IMG/VR virus record: IMGVR_UViG_3300022742_000101 | Coordinates: 1 to 36,330 of that record | DNA length: 36,330 nucleotides | Strand: one strand, 5' to 3' | From: a virus | Taxonomy: Duplodnaviria > Caudoviricetes | Shown: positions 1 through 9,544 of the stretch, piece after piece | Position numbering within the stretch: the stretch's first letter is position 1 | How the letters are laid out: the number at the start of each line of letters is the position of its first letter | Notes under the pieces: model-generated | The model's input: only the letters and a program-made list of their open reading frames with translations | Told to the model about the DNA's origin: nothing | Databases searched by the model: none | Position numbers and translations under genes: made by a program

Positions 1-495
1 TTACGCCGGCGATGCAGATGCAGGAGCTGCATCTACCCAAGCCGGCACCACCGGTCGTTCACTGTCATCAGGGAAGCCGGTCGATTGCGGCCAAGTACGG
101 AGGTCCTGCATGTAGGCCAGTAGCTCCTCGTACTGCTCCACCGCCAGCGTCGTACTCAGACCCAGTTCAACTTCGTCCCTGTGTCGCTCACGCAGCCATT
201 TGACCCGCTCCAGCTCGCTGTCTCGCCAGATCCGCTCCCTGGCCTCCAAATCAGCCCGCACCGGCATCGGAGCCGGCAAGTCCTCGGGGACCACACCGGC
301 TTCAATATCCGCCAGGATCTGACGGTATACGTCCGGCGTATCGAGCTCGGTGGCATGATATGGATATCCGTTATACACGACTTCAAAGCTACCATCAGCG
401 CGGCGTTTAATCTCGGTAAAGAATTGGCCTGTCACATTTGAATCGTACATATAGGTCCCCGAAATCGCTCCGCCCACCTCAAACTTATCCGCCAT
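1..495 (-). CDS. Tail fibre assembly chaperone
   Basis: Follows the fibre gene with TGATG coupling and a GGAGG SD (start MADKF at 495). C-terminal ERIWRDSEL..WLRERHRDE..YMQDLRTWPQ..FP..RP motif is typical of Pseudomonas tail assembly chaperones. Confidence 0.85.
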   Translation of the reverse strand: MADKFEVGGAISGTYMYDSNVTGQFFTEIKRRADGSFEVVYNGYPYHATELDTPDVYRQILADIEAGVVPEDLPAPMPVRADLEARERIWRDSELERVKWLRERHRDEVELGLSTTLAVEQYEELLAYMQDLRTWPQSTGFPDDSERPVVPAWVDAAPASASPA

Positions 496-1613
496 CAGTA
501 AATCCTCCATGCGAACCCAACCGAATTACTGTTTTGCCCAACAGTCGTTCCGCCGGCGGCAATTCCGGCATTGCCACCAAGGATGTTGCCGCTGCCGTTA
601 TATGCGCCAACATAATATGCCCAGCTTCCCCCGGCCGGAAGCGTTGCGGTTCCTTGCAGCACTACGAATTGCCCTGCTACTGGCTTCATGAAACTAGCCG
701 CGGTATGGCATAGAGAACCGTTAGATGTTACTGAGCCAACGTCCAAGTCCGCAGCATTTCCAGCCGCGTTACGGGCTGCCATGATGTTCGTGTTCTGCGT
801 ATGCATCCATGCAGTTGCAGTGCTCTGAGTTGAAAGGCGGAGAACTACAGTGCCGCCAGCCGCCGGATTATTCAAGTGTAGGGCCGCAGAGGTAACGTCC
901 TGTCCGGTAACCGAGATCACAACTCCGCCAGTACAGGTCCCGCCGGTTTTGGAAAGCTTGGCATTAAATGAACTATCAATCTGCGCTTTGTCATAGGCAT
1001 CAGTGATCTCATAACCTGCAAGCGTGGTCGCTTTCGAAGCCTTGCTTAAAAGAGAACTGTCAATCTGAGCCTTGGTGTAAGCGTCAGTAATACCGTAACC
1101 AGCGAGAGTCGTGGCTTTCGAGGCCTTGCTCAACAAGGAACTATCAATCTGACCCTTGGTGTAAGCGTCAGTAATACCGTAACCGTCGAGAGTCGTAGCT
1201 TTCGAGGCCTTGCTCAACAAAGAACTATCAATCTGACCTTTGGTGTAAGCGTCAGTAATACCGTAACCGTCGAGAGTCGTGGCTTTCGAGGCCTTGCTCA
1301 ACAAAGAACTATCAATCTGACCTTTGGTGTAGGCGTCAGTAATACCGTAACCGCCGAGTGTGGTCGGCAGGTTTGAAATTTTATTAAAGTTTGCCGCACC
1401 TGCGGCAAGCTCTTTCACAGCCTTAAGAACTTGCCCATCATCTGCGGCGTTGAGCTGAATCCCTGCCCCGAGGACAAGTCCGACCAATTCACGTTGCACC
1501 GTATTGAGCCATGGGGCCCGGAGCAGAGTTGCGGGAATCCCACCAACAGGATTACCTTCCGTGAACTCTCCAGAAGGATTCGCTGTATTAGTACTTTCGC
1601 CAATCTTCTGCAT
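495..1613 (-). CDS. Tail fibre protein
   Basis: N-terminal FTEGNP..GIPAT..WLNTVQREL anchor domain, TTLxGYGITDAY repeats, position after gp48. Confidence 0.9.
   Translation of the reverse strand: MQKIGESTNTANPSGEFTEGNPVGGIPATLLRAPWLNTVQRELVGLVLGAGIQLNAADDGQVLKAVKELAAGAANFNKISNLPTTLGGYGITDAYTKGQIDSSLLSKASKATTLDGYGITDAYTKGQIDSSLLSKASKATTLDGYGITDAYTKGQIDSSLLSKASKATTLAGYGITDAYTKAQIDSSLLSKASKATTLAGYEITDAYDKAQIDSSFNAKLSKTGGTCTGGVVISVTGQDVTSAALHLNNPAAGGTVVLRLSTQSTATAWMHTQNTNIMAARNAAGNAADLDVGSVTSNGSLCHTAASFMKPVAGQFVVLQGTATLPAGGSWAYYVGAYNGSGNILGGNAGIAAGGTTVGQNSNSVGFAWRIY
970..1364 (-). repeat. 84-bp (28-aa) tandem repeat, ~5 copies, in tail fibre
   Basis: gtaataccgtaacc recurs at 1087, 1171, 1255 and 1339. 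Unit is TTLDGYGITDAYTKGQIDSSLLSKASKA; the last copy is degenerate. Confidence 0.95.
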
Positions 1614-1696
1614 CTGTTTTTCTCCGACGAACTATAAACGTGGCGACCTGCGGAAGGTTTAATCGCCTAGTAATCAAAGTAATTAGTTTGGCCCCG

Positions 1697-2272
1697 CTAT
1701 ACGGGCTCGTAACTGAATAGCAAAGTAGTGTGAGCTGGCTGCATTGACCGCATTCGACATTCCAGCACCTTGTTGCCCCATACCGCCAACGGCTCGCCAG
1801 CCGCAGCACTGCCGGCCCGAGCTGGAAAAACGCTTACTGCACTTGCGTTAATCATCCAAGCGGATGTCCAAGCGTCACCATTTATAGCGTCACCTGCACG
1901 GGCAAAGCCGGCGCGTGCAGGACGAAATTCGGTAATGGTGATGGCATACCCAAGATTTGCGGCCAGCTGTATATAGAAAGCTCTCGACTGCCCAACAACC
2001 CCGTTAAGTTTCGCCATTACTGCCGCGATACGCTGCCTTGTTGTCAGGCTCTCATATGCAACGCAAGGATCAGGCAGGTCAAGTACCCGCTCAAATTCAT
2101 CAAGTGCTGCCCCCGAGTCGGGCCAGACTCTGTCATAAAGGCGATTATTGCTAGTCTGCGCATCGTCAAGCGCATGCGCTTCTGCCTCCAGCAACCCGGA
2201 CAGCACAGGGGCAGTCCCGTCGTATGCCTCGGGCGGCAGCAATAGACGCAACTGCACGGCCAGGCCACTCAC
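1697..2272 (-). CDS. Baseplate protein, Mu gp48/YmfQ-like (DUF2313)
   Basis: ERVLDLPDPC, GQSRAFYIQLA..LGY.ITITEF and LEC..PAHT motifs; synteny. Confidence 0.9.
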   Translation of the reverse strand: MSGLAVQLRLLLPPEAYDGTAPVLSGLLEAEAHALDDAQTSNNRLYDRVWPDSGAALDEFERVLDLPDPCVAYESLTTRQRIAAVMAKLNGVVGQSRAFYIQLAANLGYAITITEFRPARAGFARAGDAINGDAWTSAWMINASAVSVFPARAGSAAAGEPLAVWGNKVLECRMRSMQPAHTTLLFSYEPV

Positions 2273-3339
2273 GACATCAGTCCTAGCGTGATAGCACCTG
2301 GCCTGATCCAGCCTACTGCCCCGGCAACAGTAGTTGGTGCCACGTTCGCCACAGGTGTCAGTACCTGGTAGTCAGCAACGCCGGCCAAGTTGCCCAAGAT
2401 AGTTCCGATACGATTTCGCTTTAGAGGCACGTCGGGAGCCAGCGCGTTGAGTTCTTCCTCGTATGCAGCCTGAGCAGCGCTCTGAACGTCGTCGAGCTTG
2501 TAGCCATCTACTAGCTCGACATTCGCCGTCGCCGCTACAACTTGAACAAGGGGGGCGTATACGAACACTTCAGCCGTTACCGGACGCAAATAATCAATAT
2601 GAGCAGCACAGGCGGCGATCACTTGGGCTGTGGGCAATCCCTCTTGGCTTGTGATGATGACATCGACCGTGTTGGCCCCTCGCCGCCTTGGAAAGATAGT
2701 CGCTGATGCGACCCCATCAACCTCTAACGCCCAGCGCTTGTAGTCGTGTGCAGCACCGCCGGCCGGTGGCGCGCGGAGCACGTCGAGCAACCGGGCGAGG
2801 ACCGAGGCTGGAGGCTCAATGTCGCTTCCGCCGACAAGGCCCTCGACGAGGGTGCACGCCGAATCGATGCCTAGTGGCGGGCTGGTCAGGATGACTGGCC
2901 CCGTCAGACCGTTCGCGCTCACGCCGACCGACTGCGCAATCACCGGCGCCAATGCATTGCCTGAACTTCCGACGCTAACTGCCGCCGTGGTTGTCAGCAG
3001 AGCACCGCTGGCGACATGTCTTATCACGCTGCCGGCATCAAGAATTGCGCCTGGCGTGCCACTGATTTGCACTATTCCTGTTGCCGCCACGGCTGCGCGC
3101 GGGCGGATACCACGATTCGCGGCATGGTGCAGCACCTCGGCATCGTCGGCGGTGTCGGGAAAAATCTGACGAAATAGCCAGGACTGGTGCTGGTAGAGCC
3201 CTTCGATTGAGGCCGCCACAGCGGCGCTGCGAATGAAGTTATCCGAATCGCTTCCGATGTCTGCATCGGGTAGCAAGCTGCGGATGTTCCGCAGAATTGC
3301 ATCGCGTATGTTTTCGTAGCTTGGGGGGGCAAAAGGCAT
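2269..3339 (-). CDS. Baseplate J / Mu gp47 wedge protein
   Basis: QIFPDTAD, GGSDIE and PPAGGAAHDYKRWALEVDGV motifs. Confidence 0.92.
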   Translation of the reverse strand: MPFAPPSYENIRDAILRNIRSLLPDADIGSDSDNFIRSAAVAASIEGLYQHQSWLFRQIFPDTADDAEVLHHAANRGIRPRAAVAATGIVQISGTPGAILDAGSVIRHVASGALLTTTAAVSVGSSGNALAPVIAQSVGVSANGLTGPVILTSPPLGIDSACTLVEGLVGGSDIEPPASVLARLLDVLRAPPAGGAAHDYKRWALEVDGVASATIFPRRRGANTVDVIITSQEGLPTAQVIAACAAHIDYLRPVTAEVFVYAPLVQVVAATANVELVDGYKLDDVQSAAQAAYEEELNALAPDVPLKRNRIGTILGNLAGVADYQVLTPVANVAPTTVAGAVGWIRPGAITLGLMS

Positions 3340-3689
3340 CAGATCACCCGGACGTTATGCGTGAATGTCTGGAGCTGGCCGTCTGCCTGCACGACCTCGA
3401 CAGCCAAACGCAGCCAGCCGTCGTGCAGCTGCTCTGCACTCACTGTGATGGTTATTGCTCGACCGTCATCGAGCAGCGGTTGCAATGCGACTTCCGCGTA
3501 CTGCTTAGCCAGACGCCCCACGCAGGACCGGTCTTTCTCGCGGCGAAGGGTATAGAGCAGCGAGCCCAGCTGAGGGTCAGCCCAGTAGCTGCCCAGCGGG
3601 GTCATGAGTCGAAGGTAGACCGCATTGGCAAGCGTGCTGATGCGCTTGCCGGTTGCGTCTCCTGTAGTTGGGTTTATGCCTGCGTCCAT
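3339..3689 (-). CDS. Mu gp46-like baseplate protein
   Basis: Start MDAGINP at 3689. LRLMTPLGSYWADPQLGSLL and YAEVALQPLLDDGRA motifs. Confidence 0.9.
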   Translation of the reverse strand: MDAGINPTTGDATGKRISTLANAVYLRLMTPLGSYWADPQLGSLLYTLRREKDRSCVGRLAKQYAEVALQPLLDDGRAITITVSAEQLHDGWLRLAVEVVQADGQLQTFTHNVRVI

Positions 3690-3696
3690 ACCCGGC

Positions 3697-3744
3697 AGGA
3701 TCCCTTGCGCGGGCAAGAAAGTGTTTTTCTTGCCCATGAAAAAA
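3697..3744 (-). promoter_or_regulatory. Putative late promoter (activator dyad plus -10), leaderless gp46
   Basis: TTTTTTC-ATGG-GCAAGAA, 24 nt, GATCCT, 7 nt, ATG. Same geometry as the sites at 15708-15755 and 24988-25035. Confidence 0.7.
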
Positions 3745-3745
3745 A

Positions 3746-4270
3746 CTATTGCTGCGGCGATGGGGCCGGGCTTGCCCCATGGGTGTGACCGTTGTACAGC
3801 CCTCGGTCCTCTTGCATCGTTCTGATTTTGTCCTTGATATCGCCTGTCGCTTCCACAAGCGGCGTTTCAAGCGTGACCTTCGTTGTCGCTCGGACAACAA
3901 GCGTCTCGGTCTCGACTTCGATCAAACGCCCACGCTTCATGTGTATGTAGTCGCCCTCATCCGTGTAGAGCGACACCTCACCGTCGGCAACCTTGACGCG
4001 GTAGCGACCGTCACCGCTTGCGATCACAACCGAGTGTTTCGTATCGCCACCCACTGGCAATACGATGTACTCAGCGCCCTCCAGCGGCGCGGACACAAAG
4101 CCATAGTGCTGCATCAGCTCGCCATTGACCGCCTCGCCGGCGAGCCCTTCCATTGCCACCCCGATCTGCGCTCCGCCATGGGCATTCCGCGATGCCACAG
4201 CGCGGAATGCCTGACGTATACCTTGTTGCGCACGCTGCACCTGGCCGCGCATTGTCTTTATCAAACTCAT
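3746..4270 (-). CDS. Baseplate spike, Mu gp45/gpV-like
   Basis: QHYGFVSAP, GEVSLYTDEGD and C-terminal HTH (His-x-His) iron-binding motif. Confidence 0.92.
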   Translation of the reverse strand: MSLIKTMRGQVQRAQQGIRQAFRAVASRNAHGGAQIGVAMEGLAGEAVNGELMQHYGFVSAPLEGAEYIVLPVGGDTKHSVVIASGDGRYRVKVADGEVSLYTDEGDYIHMKRGRLIEVETETLVVRATTKVTLETPLVEATGDIKDKIRTMQEDRGLYNGHTHGASPAPSPQQ

Positions 4271-5388
4271 AGCTTGTGCAGCTCCCGAATGAATTCAGCG
4301 TCTGCGCTGGATTTCCGTTTTTTCTTGCTCTTCGATGGGTTGCCATCGAGCACCCATGTCTTGTCTTCACGCAGCCGCAACTCAGTGATTGCGCCTTCCC
4401 GCCTGGTCAGACGCAGTGTGCGGGACATGAGGAAATAGATTGCGCTGAGGCCGTGTGGCTCGCTGAACACCCTGACGCGCTGTCCGGGTGCCCAGACAGC
4501 GCCGTTGCCGGCGCGGTGCCCCATGACAATTGCGCGGATTTCCAGACCCTCCAGCCGACTGTCCGCGAGCAGCTTTCTAGCCCGCGCAGATGCCATGTCC
4601 TGGTCCTCACATGAGCTGTCTATCACGACCTTCGGACGGAAGATTCCACGCTGTGCCAACGCTTCGTCGCGCACGACTGTTTTCAGCTTCGCGCGGCTTG
4701 TGTCGTAGCCGTCGGCGTCGTACTGGCCATGCTGCCCCAGGACCGTGACCTGGCTGAATCGACCCGGCAGCGACCGCCTGAGCGAAAGCTGCTCGACATT
4801 GTTGCCCACGCCATCCTCACGCATGACCAGCGTCGCGACGGGGGGCGCAGTGTAGTTCGGACCGCCGATCACTAGACGTCCGTCCGGCTCAATCCAAGGC
4901 CAAAGCCCGTTGGCCTCAGCCACCTGGAGCAGCACCTCCCACGCGCTTTGGCCGGGCTCAACCTGAATGCGCTTGCGCGTTTTCTCTTTCTCGGCGCGAA
5001 TCTCAACCCGAACGACGCCCAGCGGCTTGACGACCTTGTCGACAATGTCCGCCAGTCCGACTTCGCGCATTGCAACAAACGGCGTCGAGCAATCAACCAG
5101 CACCGCAGCGTTATCACGCCCGTTGATTCGAATCGTTCGCCCTTTGCGAGACACATCGAGTTCGACCTCGTCGACGACTCCGGTCAGCACGCGATCCCCG
5201 CCCAGGCTCAACGTACACGGCGCACCCTCACGAAGCGCCGCCGGCAATGGACCGGGGTCGCGCGTATATAGCTCAAGCTGGAATGCGTCGGCTGGTGTCA
5301 GCAGATCACTTTCAACAGACCAGCCTTCCCACAGTTCATGCGCATGAGCGCCGATTGCCAGCCTGATTTGCTCAACGGGCGTAGGCAC
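4267..5388 (-). CDS. Baseplate hub, Mu P/gp44-like
   Basis: VESDLLTPADAF, GRDNAAVLVDCS and WAPGQRV motifs; synteny. Confidence 0.9.
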   Translation of the reverse strand: MPTPVEQIRLAIGAHAHELWEGWSVESDLLTPADAFQLELYTRDPGPLPAALREGAPCTLSLGGDRVLTGVVDEVELDVSRKGRTIRINGRDNAAVLVDCSTPFVAMREVGLADIVDKVVKPLGVVRVEIRAEKEKTRKRIQVEPGQSAWEVLLQVAEANGLWPWIEPDGRLVIGGPNYTAPPVATLVMREDGVGNNVEQLSLRRSLPGRFSQVTVLGQHGQYDADGYDTSRAKLKTVVRDEALAQRGIFRPKVVIDSSCEDQDMASARARKLLADSRLEGLEIRAIVMGHRAGNGAVWAPGQRVRVFSEPHGLSAIYFLMSRTLRLTRREGAITELRLREDKTWVLDGNPSKSKKKRKSSADAEFIRELHKL

Positions 5389-6844
5389 GCAGCACCTCCC
5401 CGGCCTGGATCGCCTGCGGACTTCTCAGCGCAGGATTCAAGCGCAGCAGCTCAGCGGCGCGCGAGTGATCGCCATACCAGTGATGCGCCAACAGACGCAG
5501 ATTGGTTTCACTCCCGACCGTGCGCTGCACTACGGGCGGTCGCAACTGCAACACATGCCGCGCTGCTCCCTGCACAATCCCCGAGATTGCCCGCAATGGT
5601 TCGATCACCTTCAGCGCGCTCTCGACATCGAGCAAGCGCCGGTGCAGCACAATTGCTGCTTGAGCAAGAGCCCGAGCGCTGGCAACAACAGTTTCAAGTT
5701 GCTCAGGCGTGAGCGTCGGCACCTGGCGCTCATCATCGAGCAGTGCAATGACAGCAGACGCTTGAGCCAATGCCGCTTCAGTCACGACAATGCGCACCAA
5801 CTCCCACGCGACTGCCGATGTCGGCGGCAGCATCGTGTCTGCCCCCCTAGCCAACCCGCCTGCCGGAACGCTGGCCAGCATTGCTTCAGTCGGAGCCAGT
5901 CCGAGTCTAGCCTGAGCAAGCATTGCAGTGCCGACTCGCGCTGCGCTTGCTTCGATTGAGTCCGCACCGGGAAAAACAAGCAACAGATTGTCTTGCGCGA
6001 CAAAGCGCTGATTGATCATCGCGAGGTTGGCGGCAGTTTGTTCGATCACATTGCCCGAGCCGGCAGCGCTCGAAGTTGCAGCGGTTGCAGCGATTGCAAA
6101 TGTGCCAGACGAAGTGCCGGGCAGTGGGGACGGGTCGATATACGCGGAGATCGCTGCACGGATTTCAGTCGGAGTGCGTTGCAGGTCAAGCAGCGGGTCG
6201 AACTGGGCACCTGCCCGCTTACCGAACAAGCTCGCGAGGCCGGACACGATGCCCATGATCTGGCTACGTAACTGCAACAACCGCAGGCCGATACCCGGCA
6301 GACCGAGCAAGTTCTCCAGGAGGCCAATCCAACCACCGCCAATCAACTGCTGCACCGCTGCGACCAGGGCATCCACCTGGCCGATCAGATCGAGCAGACC
6401 GTCTTGCCAGCGCCACTCATCCTCACCGGTAAGCACACCCTCATCAACGAATTCGAACTGGCGCGCGAAGAACGGCTCCGAAGGCGTGCGCTCGACGAAC
6501 TGGAGATCAACTTGAGCGTAATCCGGGCGCTCGGCGGAGTGCTCGACTTTCCAGCTCCGGGTCAGCACGTCCACGCGACCGTAGATCGGGTGGATCAACT
6601 CCCCCGGGCCAGGCGTGTCAACTTCGGCCAGCAGGTTCTGTAGGGCGATCTCGTAGTTGGTGCCAAAGAAGACGACCGAAAGCGAGAACTCGCGAGCCTT
6701 CCGCCCCATGTCCTCCACGTCGTCGCCGTCGCGGTACGGCACGCCATGCTGTGCCAGCTCCCGGCCGCCACCAAGGCTCTCGGCAAGGACTTCCAGCGCA
6801 ACGCCCCGGAAGGATGCGTCCAGTAACGTTTCTTCCCAAGCCAT
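5372..6844 (-). CDS. DNA circularization protein, Mu N-like
   Basis: N-terminal LLDASFRGV..VEDMGRKAR..GELIHPIYG; C-terminal LAHHWYGDHSRAAELLRLNP. Confidence 0.92.
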   Translation of the reverse strand: MAWEETLLDASFRGVALEVLAESLGGGRELAQHGVPYRDGDDVEDMGRKAREFSLSVVFFGTNYEIALQNLLAEVDTPGPGELIHPIYGRVDVLTRSWKVEHSAERPDYAQVDLQFVERTPSEPFFARQFEFVDEGVLTGEDEWRWQDGLLDLIGQVDALVAAVQQLIGGGWIGLLENLLGLPGIGLRLLQLRSQIMGIVSGLASLFGKRAGAQFDPLLDLQRTPTEIRAAISAYIDPSPLPGTSSGTFAIAATAATSSAAGSGNVIEQTAANLAMINQRFVAQDNLLLVFPGADSIEASAARVGTAMLAQARLGLAPTEAMLASVPAGGLARGADTMLPPTSAVAWELVRIVVTEAALAQASAVIALLDDERQVPTLTPEQLETVVASARALAQAAIVLHRRLLDVESALKVIEPLRAISGIVQGAARHVLQLRPPVVQRTVGSETNLRLLAHHWYGDHSRAAELLRLNPALRSPQAIQAGEVLRAYAR

Positions 6845-9492
6845 TAGCCTCGCCTCGATTGAATGCCGACACGTCGCTCGACTTCGGCATAGATGTTGTC
6901 GCTATCACTGCGCACGTCGATCACAAGCGGACGCCCGACCAGCGCCTGGAGCTGACTAATCTGCTGCTGCAGGACTTCCGAAAGTTCCCTCACCAATGCC
7001 GCATCTTGACCGCCACCCGGGGCTGAGCCAGGCACGCCCGCTTGCGGCGGCAGGCCGGGCTGTTCCATGCGGCTCAACGCACCTTCGGCAAATTGTGCAA
7101 GCGGTGCATTTGGCACCGGGCTGCCGGGCATGACGCGACCTGGTTCCGTCAGACTTTCAAGCCGGCGCGCCGGCCCTTCCCAGGACGTCGACCCGACTTG
7201 CGATTTCGGAGCCATGACGCCGACAGTGTCACGGCCAGGCTCGGCAGCCCGGAGCAGGTCCAGCCCCCTGGCCGGCTCGCTCAACCCAGCCAGCGCCACG
7301 CGACGCGCCCAGGCGTTCGCCTCGGATACTCGGCCACCGGACGCCGTAAGCCCGGTCTGCTGCTGCGCCAGTTGCCGGGCCTGATCCGAAAGCCAATCTT
7401 GAGACGCATCAGGGTTGGCCTGCGCCAAGTCGATTCGGTTGCGATAGAAGGCGACGCCGTATGTGCGCTGGTCTTCTGTATGAATCTTTGATCGTTCAAT
7501 GACACTCAGTCGGCCCTCGTCAGTATTTTGCGAAGAGCCGCTAATAACCGACGCGACGGTTGCAAGCGCGACACCACCGGCAATTTTTGTCCAGGGCGAC
7601 GGCTCAACGGGCACGACCGGCGGAACCTTCGTGCCGCCGACCTTCTTGTCCGGACCGCCGGGCATCGAAAAGCCACCGCCATCACCGCCCGGCCAGTTCG
7701 TGACAAAGACCGAAGTCACACCAGCAGCTTCTTCCAGCACCTTACCCACGGCGATGTTCTTCAACGTCTCAGGCCCGCCGAGGAACTTGTTCAGCAGCGC
7801 GCCGCCACCGGCCATCGCCCCACGCCCTGCGACGTAGCCGCCGACGCCAGTGGCAAGCCCGGCGCCGAGCATCTGCTCGCCAGACAAGTTGAGGTCGTTG
7901 AGCAGGTAGTTACCCATGTCGGCCAACCCCTTGTTCAGCGGCTGCGACATCCGGTCAATCGCGGCGCCGAGCGTCGCCTTCAGCCTGCCCGCCGTGCCAG
8001 TTGTGCTGTCGACGTTGTCGGCAAGATCCTTTTCGAAGATCGCTTTTGCACCGCCGATTGTCTCTGTGTTCTTCGCGAAGTTCTCCAACCGGTCACCGGT
8101 CAAGAAGGCTTTGATGCCTTTTTGCGTGTCCTGGTCCATCTTGCCGAATGCCACGTCCATGAACTTGGCGCGATCCTTGTCAGTTTTCAGCGCTTTGTAC
8201 TTGCGCTGGAGGTCGGCAAACACGTCTTTCGTGTCGCGCAGACTTTTGTCCTTGTTGAAGAACTCGACGCCCGTCGCCTTGGTCACTTCCTTTCTATAAC
8301 TGCCGTTGTTGAACGCGCGCAACGTCGACTGGGCGAGCGTGCCCAAACGGTCTGGATCAAGCTCAATCAGCGACAAGGTTTCGGCGAACGACAGGGCCTG
8401 CGCCATGCTCATGCCAGCCGACTTGGCGTCTTGGCCAATCTTCGGGAAGATGCTCGACAGGTTCTCAAGCTCGGCGTTACCGAGGCGCCCGGCCACGGTC
8501 ATCTTCTGCAAGATGTCGAGCGCGGCCCCAGGCTTCGACAGGTCGATGTCGAATGCACTTGCCCCTGTCACCACCGCTTTAGCGAGAATCCCGCTGTCCG
8601 CGCCTGTCACAGCACTTGCTTGCGCAATTGCATCGGCACTGGGCTTTGCCTCGGCATACGAAAGACCGCTCGCAATCAACGTGTCGAAACCAGTCTGAAC
8701 TTGCTCACGCTCGACGCCATACTTCTGAGCAAGACGCCATTGCTCGCCGCGCCATTCGTCGCGCTGCTCGACTGTAAGCCCTGCCGTCTGCTGCGTCCGA
8801 ATCAACTGGCGGTCGAGCGTTGCGCTCGACTTCAATCCCGCCGCGACGCCCACGCCGGCGCCGAGCCCTGCAAGCTGGCCCTGTGCCGAACTGCCAGCCC
8901 GCTTGATGCGTTCGAACTCAGAGCGCACGCCTGCTGCGACAGACTTCAGGCCGCGCAGGTTGCGACCGCCGTTCTGTGCCAAGCGGCGGAAGGACTGCTC
9001 AGTCCGATCAACGCTCTGCCGCAGCGGCTCGACGCCCTGGCGCTCCGTGCTATTGAGTTCGGTCTTTGCATCACGCGCGGCTTTACGCGCGTCGTTCGAC
9101 AGCTTCTTGAATTCAGCGGCTGTCTTTGTCACTACGAACTGAGTGCCGCTACCTTCTTTCGCGGTTTGGCGCATGGCCTCACGCACGACCTTATAGCTTG
9201 TCGCACCGTCCGTGCCGGCCTTCCTCATGGCCCCGGCGGACCTGGTGCTTTCCTCGGCCACTGTCCGGCTTGCTTTGGCCGTGTCCCGCATCGCGTCACG
9301 CACGACCCTGTAGCTCGTCGCTCCGGTTGTGCCAATCCTGGTGATCGCGCCGGACACCTTCCAGCTCTCATCTGCAAGCGACCGGGCGCCTTGCTTGCCT
9401 GCGTTGTGCAGGTCGCGATTCAACTGCCCGATTTCTCGCCGGCTGTCGCCTGCATGGGCTTGAATGCGCAACGCGACGCGCAAATCAGACAT
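6844..9492 (-). CDS. Tail tape measure protein
   Basis: 882 aa, Ala/Gly-rich and helical, between the tail chaperone and N. Confidence 0.9.
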   Translation of the reverse strand: MSDLRVALRIQAHAGDSRREIGQLNRDLHNAGKQGARSLADESWKVSGAITRIGTTGATSYRVVRDAMRDTAKASRTVAEESTRSAGAMRKAGTDGATSYKVVREAMRQTAKEGSGTQFVVTKTAAEFKKLSNDARKAARDAKTELNSTERQGVEPLRQSVDRTEQSFRRLAQNGGRNLRGLKSVAAGVRSEFERIKRAGSSAQGQLAGLGAGVGVAAGLKSSATLDRQLIRTQQTAGLTVEQRDEWRGEQWRLAQKYGVEREQVQTGFDTLIASGLSYAEAKPSADAIAQASAVTGADSGILAKAVVTGASAFDIDLSKPGAALDILQKMTVAGRLGNAELENLSSIFPKIGQDAKSAGMSMAQALSFAETLSLIELDPDRLGTLAQSTLRAFNNGSYRKEVTKATGVEFFNKDKSLRDTKDVFADLQRKYKALKTDKDRAKFMDVAFGKMDQDTQKGIKAFLTGDRLENFAKNTETIGGAKAIFEKDLADNVDSTTGTAGRLKATLGAAIDRMSQPLNKGLADMGNYLLNDLNLSGEQMLGAGLATGVGGYVAGRGAMAGGGALLNKFLGGPETLKNIAVGKVLEEAAGVTSVFVTNWPGGDGGGFSMPGGPDKKVGGTKVPPVVPVEPSPWTKIAGGVALATVASVISGSSQNTDEGRLSVIERSKIHTEDQRTYGVAFYRNRIDLAQANPDASQDWLSDQARQLAQQQTGLTASGGRVSEANAWARRVALAGLSEPARGLDLLRAAEPGRDTVGVMAPKSQVGSTSWEGPARRLESLTEPGRVMPGSPVPNAPLAQFAEGALSRMEQPGLPPQAGVPGSAPGGGQDAALVRELSEVLQQQISQLQALVGRPLVIDVRSDSDNIYAEVERRVGIQSRRG

Positions 9493-9513
9493 ATGTACTC
9501 ACCTTATTACAGA

Positions 9514-9542
9514 TAGAAGAAAGGCCCGTTGCCGAGCCTTCT
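9514..9542 (-). terminator. Hairpin / possible intrinsic terminator before tape measure
   Basis: Minus strand GAAGGCTCG-GCAA-CGGGCCTTTC then TTCT. Confidence 0.5.
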
Positions 9543-9544
9543 GG

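Noticed and set aside
970-1364. CRISPR array or DGR template/variable repeats
   Set aside because: Contiguous in-frame coding repeats without spacers; no cas or reverse transcriptase gene in the window.
1-1613. Gin-type invertible fibre segment or mom gene
   Set aside because: No invertase, inverted fibre half or mom is visible; they could lie beyond the window.
7528-9516. 662-aa plus-strand ORF
   Set aside because: Antisense shadow of the GC-rich tape measure gene, with no motifs.
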